64,000 bases of DNA from Bacteroidales bacterium (GCA_016715075.1 JADKBK010000006.1:95509-159508), one strand, 5' to 3'. Shown: positions 12,101 to 20,089, counted from the first letter of the stretch. The notes: generated by a model from the sequence alone, not told the origin. A program made the numbers and translations.

Positions 12101-12923
12101 CCGGAACGTTATTACGGACAGCAACTACTGAGATCTCAAGATCATTCAGGCTCTTAACATAACCCAGTCCGCGAATAATATATTCTACATTATTAAGCTC
12201 AATTGTTTCGGCGCCGATATCAAGATTGCTGTTCTTCACAGCATTCATCACATCCATGACCGAAACATTGTACGCCTTCATGGCATCAGGGTTAAGATCA
12301 ACCTGGTATTCTTTTATGAATCCCCCGGCAGATGCGACTTCAGCTACCCCTTCAGCAGATGAGAGACTATATTTAACATAAAAATCCTGTATAGTACGCA
12401 ATTCCTGAGGATCCCATCCGCCATTAGGTGTTCCTGTTTTCGGATCACGGCCTTCAAGAGTATACCAGTATATCTGGCCAAGAGCCGTCGCATCAGGCCC
12501 AAGCGAGGGTTGTACTCCATCCGGTAAAGTCCCGGGAGGAAGGGAATTAAGCTTTTCAAGAATCCTTGACCTGCTCCAGTAAAACTCAACGTTGTCCTTA
12601 AATATTATGTAGATGAAGGACATACCGAACATTGAAGTACTCCTGATTGTCTGAACACCCGGAATACCAAGCAATGCCGTTGTCAGCGGGTAGGATATCT
12701 GGTCCTGGATATCTTTCGGCGAACGTCCCATCCACTCTGTAGAAACGATCTGCTGGTTTTCGCCAATATCAGGAATTGCATCCACAGGCACCGGATCCCT
12801 GGGCAAAAATCGTGATGTAAGATTGAAAGGCATGGTAACCAATCCCATCACCACAAAGGCAAGAAGAAAGATGAATGTGATCAGCCTGTTTTCGAGAAAA
12901 TATTTTACAAGACGGTTGAACAT
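9144..12923 (-). CDS. cusA: CusA/CzcA-family heavy-metal RND efflux pump (long form, 1259 aa)
   Basis: RND hallmarks include GIEANIVALSGIAIAIGVMVDIGIVDVENILRHL and IALFGIATNDGVIMGTYI. There is an extra hydrophobic insert between the two halves. TM2 appears to be missing (see finding). Confidence 0.8.
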   Translation of the reverse strand: MFNRLVKYFLENRLITFIFLLAFVVMGLVTMPFNLTSRFLPRDPVPVDAIPDIGENQQIVSTEWMGRSPKDIQDQISYPLTTALLGIPGVQTIRSTSMFGMSFIYIIFKDNVEFYWSRSRILEKLNSLPPGTLPDGVQPSLGPDATALGQIYWYTLEGRDPKTGTPNGGWDPQELRTIQDFYVKYSLSSAEGVAEVASAGGFIKEYQVDLNPDAMKAYNVSVMDVMNAVKNSNLDIGAETIELNNVEYIIRGLGYVKSLNDLEISVVAVRNNVPVRIKDVAQVAYGPATRRGGLDKWGSEAVGAVVVARYGSNPMDVINNVKEKIKEIEAGLPQKTLPDGTVSKVTVVPFYDRTGLIRETIGTLESALSHEIQPIGVLMTFIMMRLFGIEANIVALSGIAIAIGVMVDIGIVDVENILRHLEMPENKGIRGKRLLEVIYQATTEVRAAVVTSIATTIVSFLPVFAMQASEGKLFHPLAFTKTFALLSAFILGIVALPTLVHLIFNISFDRKKIKQIWNSLLIAAGLFFMFFWHMWPALALIGVGINNLYDYRWHEKRKDFPNNINIFITVLFATWYLSIEWLPLGAHNSEFSNFIFVTVIISVILIALMSMVHYYETILRWALLNKWKFLMIPAFTLFFGLLVWLGFDKIFRVVSAGAEKAGWKTFRQTTFWQSAIKTFPGTGKEFMPSLDEGSFLLMPTSMPHSSIEKNLEYIETLDKRLSAIPEVEVAVGKWGRVNSALDPAPVQMFENTINYRSEYILDENGHRMQFKVDRKGNYILKGNSTYNLNSETFRVIPADSLIPDNNGEYFRQWRPHIKKPIDIWKEIVKVTDIPGLTSAPKLQPIETRLVMLSTGMRAPMGLKVFGPDLNSIEQAGMIFEQALKEVPSIKSSAVFYDRAVGAPYLEIRLNREAMARYGMSVSNVQEVLQVAIGGMTLSTSVEGRERFPLRVRYARELRDNPEDIKRILVPAMNGVQIPLGDIADIDYARGAQMIRSENTFLVGYVIFDKIEGKAEVNVVQDAEKVIKQKLESGTIRLPEGVTYKFAGNYEHQLRATKRLSIVIPLSLIMIFMLLYFQFRTITASFIHFSGVFVAFSGGFIMLWLYGQEWFMNFSVSGMNLRDMFQMHPVNLSVAVWVGFIALFGIATNDGVIMGTYIHQVFEDKKPATVHDVREAVILAGKKRVRPAMMTTAVAVIALLPVLSSTGKGADIMVPMAIPAFGGMLIQVMTIFVVPLLQSMWREGSVNHTNKINTRVLNSQ

Positions 12924-12988
12924 AATGGATAAAAATTATCCGGGTCATGAAAAATGATTAATTCCTGACCCGGAAGCTATGGATTGGA

Positions 12989-13347
12989 TTATTTTGATCT
13001 TTCATAATGGCAGCAACCAGGTAGTTTGGTGTAAACATCATCCTGTGCTTTGTATTTTTCAGTATCGTGTCCAACTGCAGCAAGTTTTTGCTGAGTCCAT
13101 CCTTGCTTGTTTTGGAAGGGTCATAAGCAACTGTTAGAATCTGTGTTTTTTCAATCCACGAGGCAGTCGTTGCACCATCAGCTTTAACCGCTGTTTCAAT
13201 ACGCTCCTTGCACATGTCGCATTTACCCCATACCTTGAAGGATTCTGTCTTCTGCTGGACGGCGGCTTTGGCACCTGACTGGGCTGAACTGTTAATTCCA
13301 ATAACAGTCAGCATTACAATGGCGATAAATAAAGTAATGGTTTTCAT
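12989..13347 (-). pseudogene. small secreted HMA-like metal-binding protein (GKCDMCKERIE motif); frameshift before the conserved tail
   Basis: ORF 12958-13347 has a signal peptide and WGKCDMCKERIETAVK. The tail LAAVGHDTEKYKAQDDVYTKLPGCCHYERSK* is in the -1 frame and ends at 12989-12991. The shift is at the T5 run 13085-13089 (A5 on the coding strand). Confidence 0.6.
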
Positions 13348-13425
13348 AATGAATTATATATTAAATGATTAAATAAGAAATACTACATCCTGGAGTTGAT
13401 CTTGGTAAGATTTCTAGTATTCTTT

Positions 13426-13612
13426 AATCTGTGTTACTTTGTGAGATACTTTGTGCCAGCAGAAAAAGTAGTTTTTACCCCCCAACCCCCCAGGGGGGGC
13501 TTTAAAACTTATTGGTTTTAAATAAGTCCCCCCTGGGGGATTTAGGGGTGTCACAGAGAAAATCGACTTTTTCTACAGCCACCAGGGATACCCAAAGGTA
13601 CACCAGAGATTT
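13426..13612. repeat. intergenic element A: ~190-bp imperfect palindrome with two inverted C-tract/G-tract core modules
   Basis: The arms AATCTGTGTTACTTTGTGAGATACTTTGTGCCAGCAGAAAAAGTAG.. and ..CGACTTTTTCTACAGCCACCAGGGATACCCAAAGGTACACCAGAGATT are inverted. The core-like modules sit at 13475-13500 and 13527-13550. Confidence 0.7.
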
Positions 13613-13646
13613 AGAAGAGTAATCCCTGTTAAATCAGAAAGTAAAA

Positions 13647-14066
13647 TCAGATTTGGAAAATGCAGATTACCTGCTGTTCGACACAGACAGGAGTGTATAC
13701 TCCAGGTGGTCTTTTTGAACCTGATACAAGTGAGCCAAACATCTCCATACCGGAGAGTTGAATGTCGTTCAGGATAAATGAATGGATTAATATCTGCCCG
13801 GGCTCTAAAAGCTGGAAACAGACAGAAGGTACATAGATTGAACTTATTTTGAATGAATGAATTACATCTTCACAGCAGTGTCTCGAAAACAGATCGATTG
13901 TTGATTTAGATCCCGTCTGGTGTTCCATACCACATGTAGCAACCTCACCTGTCAGTGATACTTTTGCTGCTGAAATCTGTCCTCCGCAATAATGTGAAGC
14001 GATCTTAACATTTAACCCTGTTAAGAGTATCAGCAGTGTCAGCGATATGGAGAGTATGTATTTCAT
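13647..14066 (-). CDS. small membrane protein, HYC_CC_PP-like family (metal-efflux associated)
   Basis: Contains SHYCGG, HCCED and RPPGVY motifs and an N-terminal TM segment. The likely start is MKYILSISL at 14066; the track ORF extends to a GTG at 14102 that abuts the cysN stop. Confidence 0.5.
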   Translation of the reverse strand: MKYILSISLTLLILLTGLNVKIASHYCGGQISAAKVSLTGEVATCGMEHQTGSKSTIDLFSRHCCEDVIHSFKISSIYVPSVCFQLLEPGQILIHSFILNDIQLSGMEMFGSLVSGSKRPPGVYTPVCVEQQVICIFQI

Positions 14067-14102
14067 CCAGTTGAGAAACAATCCTGTGACAAATAAGTTC
14101 AC

Positions 14103-15371
14103 CTAAACGACCATTCCGGCTGCTACGGTCTCATTTGTTCCTTCGTCAATGAATATCATACTGCCTGTGATATTGTTCTCTTTATATGGGTCAAAAAATA
14201 CCGGTTTGGATGTCTTTATGCTGATGTATGCAAGATCGTTCATATTTACCACCAGATTTTCATAATCATGTTCAAGGGTATCAATGTTCATCCTGTAGCC
14301 AACAGATTTTACAATGCATCCTGCTTCATTACTGTTCATGCGGATAAGATATTTTCCGCCAACCTTCATAGGCAGTTCATTGAACCAGCAGATCATAAGG
14401 TTGATATCCTGACTGATAACCGGCAGATCATTTGAACCTGCCAGCATGTCACCGCGGCTGATATCTATCTGGTCTTCAAGGGAAATTGCGACAGAATCTC
14501 CGCCGATTGACTCAGATATTGTTTTTCCGAACATATCAATGCTACTGATTTTTGATTTGCGCAGTGACGGGAGCACAGTAACCTCATCACCCGGTCTGAA
14601 TACTCCTCCGGCAACTCTTCCTGCATAGCCCCTGTAATCATGAAATTCGGAGGTATGGGGGCGAATTATTGTCTGAACGGGAAAGCGTTGATGCAAAGGA
14701 TTCTTATTCTTCCTTATTTCAATTGTCTCAATAAGGTGAAGGAATGTTTTCCCGCTGTACCATTTCATGTTTTCAGAATTGTCAACAACGTTATCTCCAT
14801 ATTTGGCACTTATCGGAATATAATGAGGATCTTCAATTTTAAGTTTTTTAACAAGCGCTGACAGTTCCGTTTTTATATCGGTGAAGACAGATTCAGACCA
14901 GTTCACCATATCCATCTTGTTAATACAGAATATTATGTGCCTGATGTCAAGGAGCGAAGCTATATAGGAATGCCTCAGAGTCTGTTCGAGTACACCCTTT
15001 CTTGCATCGATAAGTATTACAGCAAGATCGGCAGTGCTTGCTCCTGTAACCATGTTCCTGGTATACTGGATATGACCCGGTGTGTCAGCAATAATGAACT
15101 TTCTGGCAGGAGTTGCAAAATATCTGTAGGCTACATCAATTGTAATTCCCTGTTCCCTTTCTGCTCTCAGTCCGTCTGTCAGGAGTGAGAGATCAAGTTC
15201 TTCCCTGCCTAGCCTCTTTCCAGACTGAACTATGTGCTCCATCTGGTCCTCAAAGATTGATTTGCTGTCATACAGAAGCCTTCCTATGAGCGTACTCTTT
15301 CCGTCATCCACACTGCCAGCTGTAGTAAATCTCAGAAGACTCTTGTTTTTGCTTTTACCGTTTATTGTCAT
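14103..15371 (-). CDS. cysN: sulfate adenylyltransferase subunit 1 (GTPase), no fused APS-kinase domain
   Basis: 422 aa with the G1 motif GSVDDGKSTLIGRLL, then DTPGH and NKMD. Confidence 0.9.
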   Translation of the reverse strand: MTINGKSKNKSLLRFTTAGSVDDGKSTLIGRLLYDSKSIFEDQMEHIVQSGKRLGREELDLSLLTDGLRAEREQGITIDVAYRYFATPARKFIIADTPGHIQYTRNMVTGASTADLAVILIDARKGVLEQTLRHSYIASLLDIRHIIFCINKMDMVNWSESVFTDIKTELSALVKKLKIEDPHYIPISAKYGDNVVDNSENMKWYSGKTFLHLIETIEIRKNKNPLHQRFPVQTIIRPHTSEFHDYRGYAGRVAGGVFRPGDEVTVLPSLRKSKISSIDMFGKTISESIGGDSVAISLEDQIDISRGDMLAGSNDLPVISQDINLMICWFNELPMKVGGKYLIRMNSNEAGCIVKSVGYRMNIDTLEHDYENLVVNMNDLAYISIKTSKPVFFDPYKENNITGSMIFIDEGTNETVAAGMVV

Positions 15372-15382
15372 TTGAATCTATT

Positions 15383-15609
15383 TCCTTAAACTTTGAACCT
15401 TAAACCTTAAACCTTAAACCTTAAACCTTGAACTTTAATTACCCACCCCTGGCCCCTCCCAGGAGGGGAACCGGATTCCACTGCGCCCTGCGCCCTGCGC
15501 CCCGAATTTACCCACCCCTGACCCCTCCCAGGAGGGGAACCTGTATCCATTGCGCCTTACGCCCTCAGCCCTGAGCCCTACGCCCAGCCTTCGCTAAAGC
15601 TACGGCTGG
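15383..15609. repeat. intergenic element B between cysD and cysN: heptamer arrays + two core modules + terminal hairpin
   Basis: (ACCTTAA)~8 at 15383-15438. Core 1 TTACCCACCCCTGGCCCCTCCCAGGAGGGGAACC at 15439-15472. (CTGCGCC)3 at 15481-15501. Core 2 at 15508-15541. (CTNNGCC)5 at 15550-15584. Hairpin CCAGCC..GGCTGG at 15584-15609. Confidence 0.8.
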
Positions 15610-15622
15610 CACTGCCTGAGCC

Positions 15623-16528
15623 TTAGAAATATCCTTCCTTCTTCCTGTCTTCCATTGCTGCCTCTGACCGCTTATCGTCATATCTGCCACCTCTTTCGGT
15701 GACCCTGGTTGCTGCGATTTCAGCAATGATCTCTTCCAGTGACTGAGCTTTTGAGAGAGTTACACCGGTACAGGTTATATCTCCAATAGTACGGCAGCGG
15801 ACATCAGCCTCGAATACCTCTTCATTAGGTTTTAACTGCATAAAAGGTGCCCATGCAAGATAAGTGCCGTTTCGGCTGAATATTTTTCTTCTGTGGGTAT
15901 AGTAAAGATCCGGAAGCTTTATGTTCTCAGTTAGTATGTATTGCCAAACGTCAAGCTCAGTCCAGTTACTTATCGGGAAAACCCTGAAATGTTCTCCCTG
16001 GTGTTTTTTACCATTGAATATATTCCATAGTTCAGGCCGCTGGTTTTTCGGATCCCATTGTCCAAATTCATTCCTGTGAGAAAAGAAGCGCTCCTTGGCC
16101 CTTGCTTTTTCCTCATCACGCCTGCCACCTCCTATAGCTACATCGAGTCTGAGTTCTTCAACTGCATCGAGCAATGTTACTGACTGAGCCTTATTACGGC
16201 TGGCATTTATTCCCTGTTCCTCTTTTACTCTTCCCCGATCGATAGAGTCCTGGACATAGCGGACTATGAGGTCTGCCCCGAATTCTTTCGCCAGATCGTC
16301 CCGGAATTTGAGTGTCTCCTCAAAATTATGGCCTGTATCTATATGCATCAGGGTGAAAGGTATTTTGGATGGCCAGAATGCCTTCCTTGCAAGATGTACA
16401 AGCACTATGGAATCCTTTCCTCCCGAAAACAATAACACCTTGTTCTCGAACTGGGCAGCTACTTCCCTCATCACAAAAATTGCCTCATTTTCAAGCTCCC
16501 TGAGGTGTTCATTATTAATATCCAACAT
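15623..16528 (-). CDS. cysD: sulfate adenylyltransferase subunit 2
   Basis: 301 aa with the PP-loop LFSGGKDS and the C-terminus DRKKEGYF. Confidence 0.9.
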   Translation of the reverse strand: MLDINNEHLRELENEAIFVMREVAAQFENKVLLFSGGKDSIVLVHLARKAFWPSKIPFTLMHIDTGHNFEETLKFRDDLAKEFGADLIVRYVQDSIDRGRVKEEQGINASRNKAQSVTLLDAVEELRLDVAIGGGRRDEEKARAKERFFSHRNEFGQWDPKNQRPELWNIFNGKKHQGEHFRVFPISNWTELDVWQYILTENIKLPDLYYTHRRKIFSRNGTYLAWAPFMQLKPNEEVFEADVRCRTIGDITCTGVTLSKAQSLEEIIAEIAATRVTERGGRYDDKRSEAAMEDRKKEGYF

Positions 16529-16553
16529 TGTTGTATTGATTTTTTCCGTTCAA

Positions 16554-17274
16554 TTACTTAACATGACAACCGCATTCCTTATTGCCTTCATTTTCCCACC
16601 ACCAGCGGCCGGAGCGAAAATCATTTCCCCTTAAGAACTGGCCTTGTGCATGGCTCACAGCCTATGCTCAAATAACCCTTGTCATACAATGAATTATATG
16701 GAATACTGTTTTCCTTGATATAGTTATCGACATCTTCCAGCGACCAGTCAAACAGGGGATGAAAATTGAAAAGCTTCTTGTCACTGTCATATTCCAGATC
16801 ACTCATCTGGCTCCTGTTACCGGACTGGTCTGCCCTTATCCCTGAGATCCAGCAAGCCATCCCTGCCAATGCTCTGCTAAGGGGTACAACCTTTCTTAAC
16901 CTGCAGCATTCCTTGCGGTTATCTATTGACTCAAAGAAACTGAAGGGCCCTTTTTCCGTGACCAGCTTCTCAACTGAAAGATAATCCGGGAAATAGACCT
17001 CAATTTTTTTCCTGTATTTTATTGTGGTCTGTGAAAACACCTCATATGTCTCAGGGAATAATCTGCCTGTGTCAAGCGTTACAACCCTGATTGGCAGATT
17101 GTTGGAAAATATTTTCTGTGTAATAACCTGATCTTCGACTCCAAAACTTGTAGTAAATATTACCTGGCCGGGAAAAAGAGTAGTAAGGATCTCAAGTCGA
17201 TCTTCAATCGATTTACCTGACAACTGATCCCTCAACTCCTTTAACTTCATATTGTTTGTCATTTTGTTTTGCAT
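16554..17274 (-). pseudogene. cysH: assimilatory adenylyl-sulfate (APS/PAPS) reductase, Fe-S type; 3' frameshift removes the catalytic tail
   Basis: ORF 16621-17274 ends ..SIGCEPCTRPVLKGK*. The conserved tail GNDFRSGRWWWENEGNKECGCHVK* is encoded in another frame down to the stop at 16554-16556, with the shift within TTTCCCC 16624-16630. The CC (KECCRLRK) and CxxC (CEPC) motifs are present. Confidence 0.85.
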
Positions 17275-17563
17275 TCGATTTTGTCCAAAGTTTTAGTTTA
17301 ATCTTGTGTATGTGAGCCCATAGCCGCTCATGGAAATAGTAGAGAATTGTCTTGGTGAGTACTTCTACACTGCCTATTGAAAGTGCTATTGTAACTTTCC
17401 CGGTGATAAAATAGCTGATTATCATTGTGTCGATCGTGCCAACAATACGCCAGGAAACAGATTTCATGATGCTTTTAATCGGTTTATCGGCCCGGTCGCT
17501 TACTTTAAGGACAGCACCCGGAACAAACTTTTCTTCAGGCTGGTTTAACAGTACATCAAGCAT
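17213..17563 (-). CDS. DUF2061-like small membrane protein at the head of the cysHDN operon
   Basis: 116-aa ORF with SVSWRIVGTIDTMIISYFITG..ILYYFHERLW. Its 3' end overlaps the cysH ORF by 62 nt, so the true end is uncertain. Confidence 0.5.
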   Translation of the reverse strand: MLDVLLNQPEEKFVPGAVLKVSDRADKPIKSIMKSVSWRIVGTIDTMIISYFITGKVTIALSIGSVEVLTKTILYYFHERLWAHIHKIKLKLWTKSNAKQNDKQYEVKGVEGSVVR

Positions 17564-17578
17564 AGATTAATTTTTGAA

Positions 17579-17586
17579 CAAAGATA
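17579..17586 (-). promoter_or_regulatory. Bacteroidota-type -7 box (TATCTTTG) upstream of the DUF2061-cysHDN operon
   Basis: The minus strand reads gtcTATCTTTGttc about 16 nt upstream of the ATG at 17563, with a TTG about 20 nt further upstream. Confidence 0.3.
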
Positions 17587-17795
17587 GACTCTAGAATTAT
17601 ATGATTCAATGGCAATTATGCGACAAACAAATGAGTATTTATACATATCGGGCTATATGTACTTAACTCCATTTTAACAATTAAAAAAGGAATTCTTTTT
17701 ATTAATTGGCAGTTTATCAGAAGTAATTTGTCATTTCTGCCCTCAGAACAGACCCGGGAACCGGAATGAATCAGAGGCAATAATACTAAAGTGAA

Positions 17796-19249
17796 TCAGC
17801 TGGTTTTTTTAGAGGCTATCTGCTTAATCCGCCGGACCAGATTTCTGAGATCATTCTCTGTTGTTACCGGATTTATAATTGTTACTCTTAACCAGATTTT
17901 ATTTTCAAGTTCCACTTGTACAATATAGAACGATCCCTCTTTGACTATGCTCTCCCTGATTTTTGAATTCAGACTATTCAGCTGATTATCATTATATTCT
18001 GTGGGAGCATACCTGAAACATACTATATTACTCTCAGGTTCTGCAGCCAGCTCAAAATCGTCAGCGGACTTAATAAAAACAGCGAAAGATGCTGCAAGAT
18101 CGTACCTGCTATCGATATATTGGCGATAATAACTTTCCCTGTAATATTTCAGTGCGGTATATGCTATTATTCCCAGGGAACTTTTGGTGCATTCAATAGT
18201 TCTGATTGCGCTGTCATACCAGGGCAAGCTCTTTGATTTCTGAAAAAGGTAGGAAGCTTTCTGCGCAAAAGTTTCGAATGACCTTTCTCCGTTCTTAAAC
18301 ATTATAAGTGTATTGAGTGCAGGTACTAGAAGCATTTTATGAAAGTCGATTACCACCGAATCGGCTCTTTCAATTCCCCTGACAAGGTTTCTGTATTTTT
18401 CAGAAAACAGAACCCCCATTCCATGAGCTCCATCAACATGCATCCATAAGTTATGTTCCTCACAGAAATCTGCGATGGAGCTCAGGTCATCATAGGTCCC
18501 TGTTGCAGTGGAGCATGCGTTTGCAACCACCGATATCACATTCAATCCTTTCTGCTCGGCTTCCTTTTTCAACTTGAGGAGAAGAGCTGTTTTCATCCTG
18601 TAACCTGCATCCACCGGAATCCGGATAACGGATTCATTTCCAAGTCCATGATTCTGACATTTCTGCCGATACTGTAATGTGCCTGGTCTGAGATCATATA
18701 TCCGGGTCTTTTTGCATCGTGTATCCCTTCCTCCCAGATATTGTAGTCAGTCTTTGCCTGTCTTGCTGCCAGCATTGCTGTCAGGTTCCCCGCTGTTCCT
18801 CCGTGCGTGAAGATCCCGTCATATCCCGTGTTATATCCAATGAGTGAACCAAAAAGTTCGATGATATTCCTTTCCATTGCCATTGAAACAGGTCCCATTT
18901 CATAAATTGCAGCACCATTGTTCAGAAGCGAAGTGCAAACCTGAACAAGGGCAGTAAGGGGTAGGGGTGAAGTGACCTGATGGCCTATGTAATGCGGATG
19001 ATGAAGGTGATTTGACATCGAAATGATCCTTCTTATAAACTCGTCAAACGGCTCTTTGTCACCACCACCTGAGGTAAATGAAAATACCCCTGAAAGATCA
19101 TCAGGTTCATTCCAGGGAAGGACAGCCATCTCTTTGCCAGAAAGCGCTTCGCTCAGGTATTCTGACAGTGTATCAATTACCTGATGCCCCAGTTTTCTGA
19201 ACTCCTCAGGATCAAAGGGCTTTGGAATTACAGATTCAGTTTTATTCAT
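17796..19249 (-). pseudogene. group II pyridoxal-dependent amino-acid decarboxylase, split by a frameshift
   Basis: ORFs 18593-19249 (..HPHYIGHQVTSPLP..THGGTAGNLTAM..DQAHYSIGRNVRIM) and 17796-18614 (..ANACSTATGTYDD..WMHVDGAHG..DFHKMLLVP) are N- and C-terminal halves. Adding one base at TTTCC 18637-18641 restores ..IMDLGNESVIRIPVDAGYRM... Confidence 0.75.
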
Positions 19250-20081
19250 TCTTTTTGTTTAATAAAAGTTCTGTTTTCAATCCCATCACAAAGGATCCGA
19301 TTATTATGTCGTCAGGATAAATTTCAAGTTCGGTAAACAGCTCGTTTAATGTCAAATTATTCTTCAGCATCAGCATGAAAAGCTGTACAATTCCGCAATA
19401 GCCTTCGGGTTCATCTGTGCCGAAATCATAAGAAGTGACCTGTCTGTTGTAGTGCCTGAAGAAATTAATAAGGATCTCAAATCTTTTCCTGTGAAGCTGA
19501 ACATAATTATTGCCTGTGCCAAATATACTTTCGAAGTTTTCAAATCTTCTTGCTGCGTTTGCAATAATAAGATCTCCAAGCTTATCAGGTCCTATATTTC
19601 GGGTGAGGTATATTTCCGAATACCTGTATATCCCCGTGAAACCAAAGGCATCAAGATCATCAGCTACTGAGAGTACCGTCAGAAGATCATTTCTGTCACT
19701 TTCTGAAGGATAATCCTTCCTGTCGTGATTCTCTACGGTATCCAGTACATCTTTATACTCCTCAGCGGAGAGGTTGTTGTTTTCAAGGAACCTGATACAA
19801 AATTCCCTGCTGTGTTTTCCGTGACGCGGTCCGGTTTCTACAGACATCCCTGAATCGTGGAGGTAACAGGCAATAATAAGTTTGGAAGGCAGACAGGCTG
19901 GTTTGCTGTTATGCTGCTTTAGCGGGATATATAGTAATTCTCTGGCATAGCTCCATACCCGGCGGTGATGGTCGATGCCGTGAGAAGGAAGAACTTTTTC
20001 ATCATAAACAGAGACAAAAAAATCTTCAAGGATCTGCCTGAACATTAATTCAGCAGATTCTATATTTTCAGTCAGATTCAT
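19242..20081 (-). CDS. HD-domain phosphohydrolase-like protein
   Basis: 279 aa with HGIDHHRRV and ACYLHDSGM (HD motif). It overlaps the decarboxylase start by 8 nt. Confidence 0.55.
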   Translation of the reverse strand: MNLTENIESAELMFRQILEDFFVSVYDEKVLPSHGIDHHRRVWSYARELLYIPLKQHNSKPACLPSKLIIACYLHDSGMSVETGPRHGKHSREFCIRFLENNNLSAEEYKDVLDTVENHDRKDYPSESDRNDLLTVLSVADDLDAFGFTGIYRYSEIYLTRNIGPDKLGDLIIANAARRFENFESIFGTGNNYVQLHRKRFEILINFFRHYNRQVTSYDFGTDEPEGYCGIVQLFMLMLKNNLTLNELFTELEIYPDDIIIGSFVMGLKTELLLNKKNE

Positions 20082-20089
20082 GTCGGGTC

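Noticed and set aside
15383-15438. Heptamer repeats (CCTTAAA, GGGTTCT) resembling telomere-type repeats such as CCCTAAA.
   Set aside because: They are internal, short and flanked by ordinary operon genes on both sides. The resemblance is only in period and G/C clustering.
15383-15584. Possibility that the tandem arrays in elements B, C, D, E and G are CRISPR arrays.
   Set aside because: The units are only 7 or 11 nt long and directly abut one another with no spacers, and no cas genes are present.
16529-16620. A GC-rich 92-nt 'spacer' between cysH and cysD that at first looked like another repeat element or a small ORF (MKAIRNAVVMLSN).
   Set aside because: It encodes the conserved CysH tail (RSGRWWWE..KECGCHVK) in a shifted frame, so it is coding sequence displaced by a frameshift.
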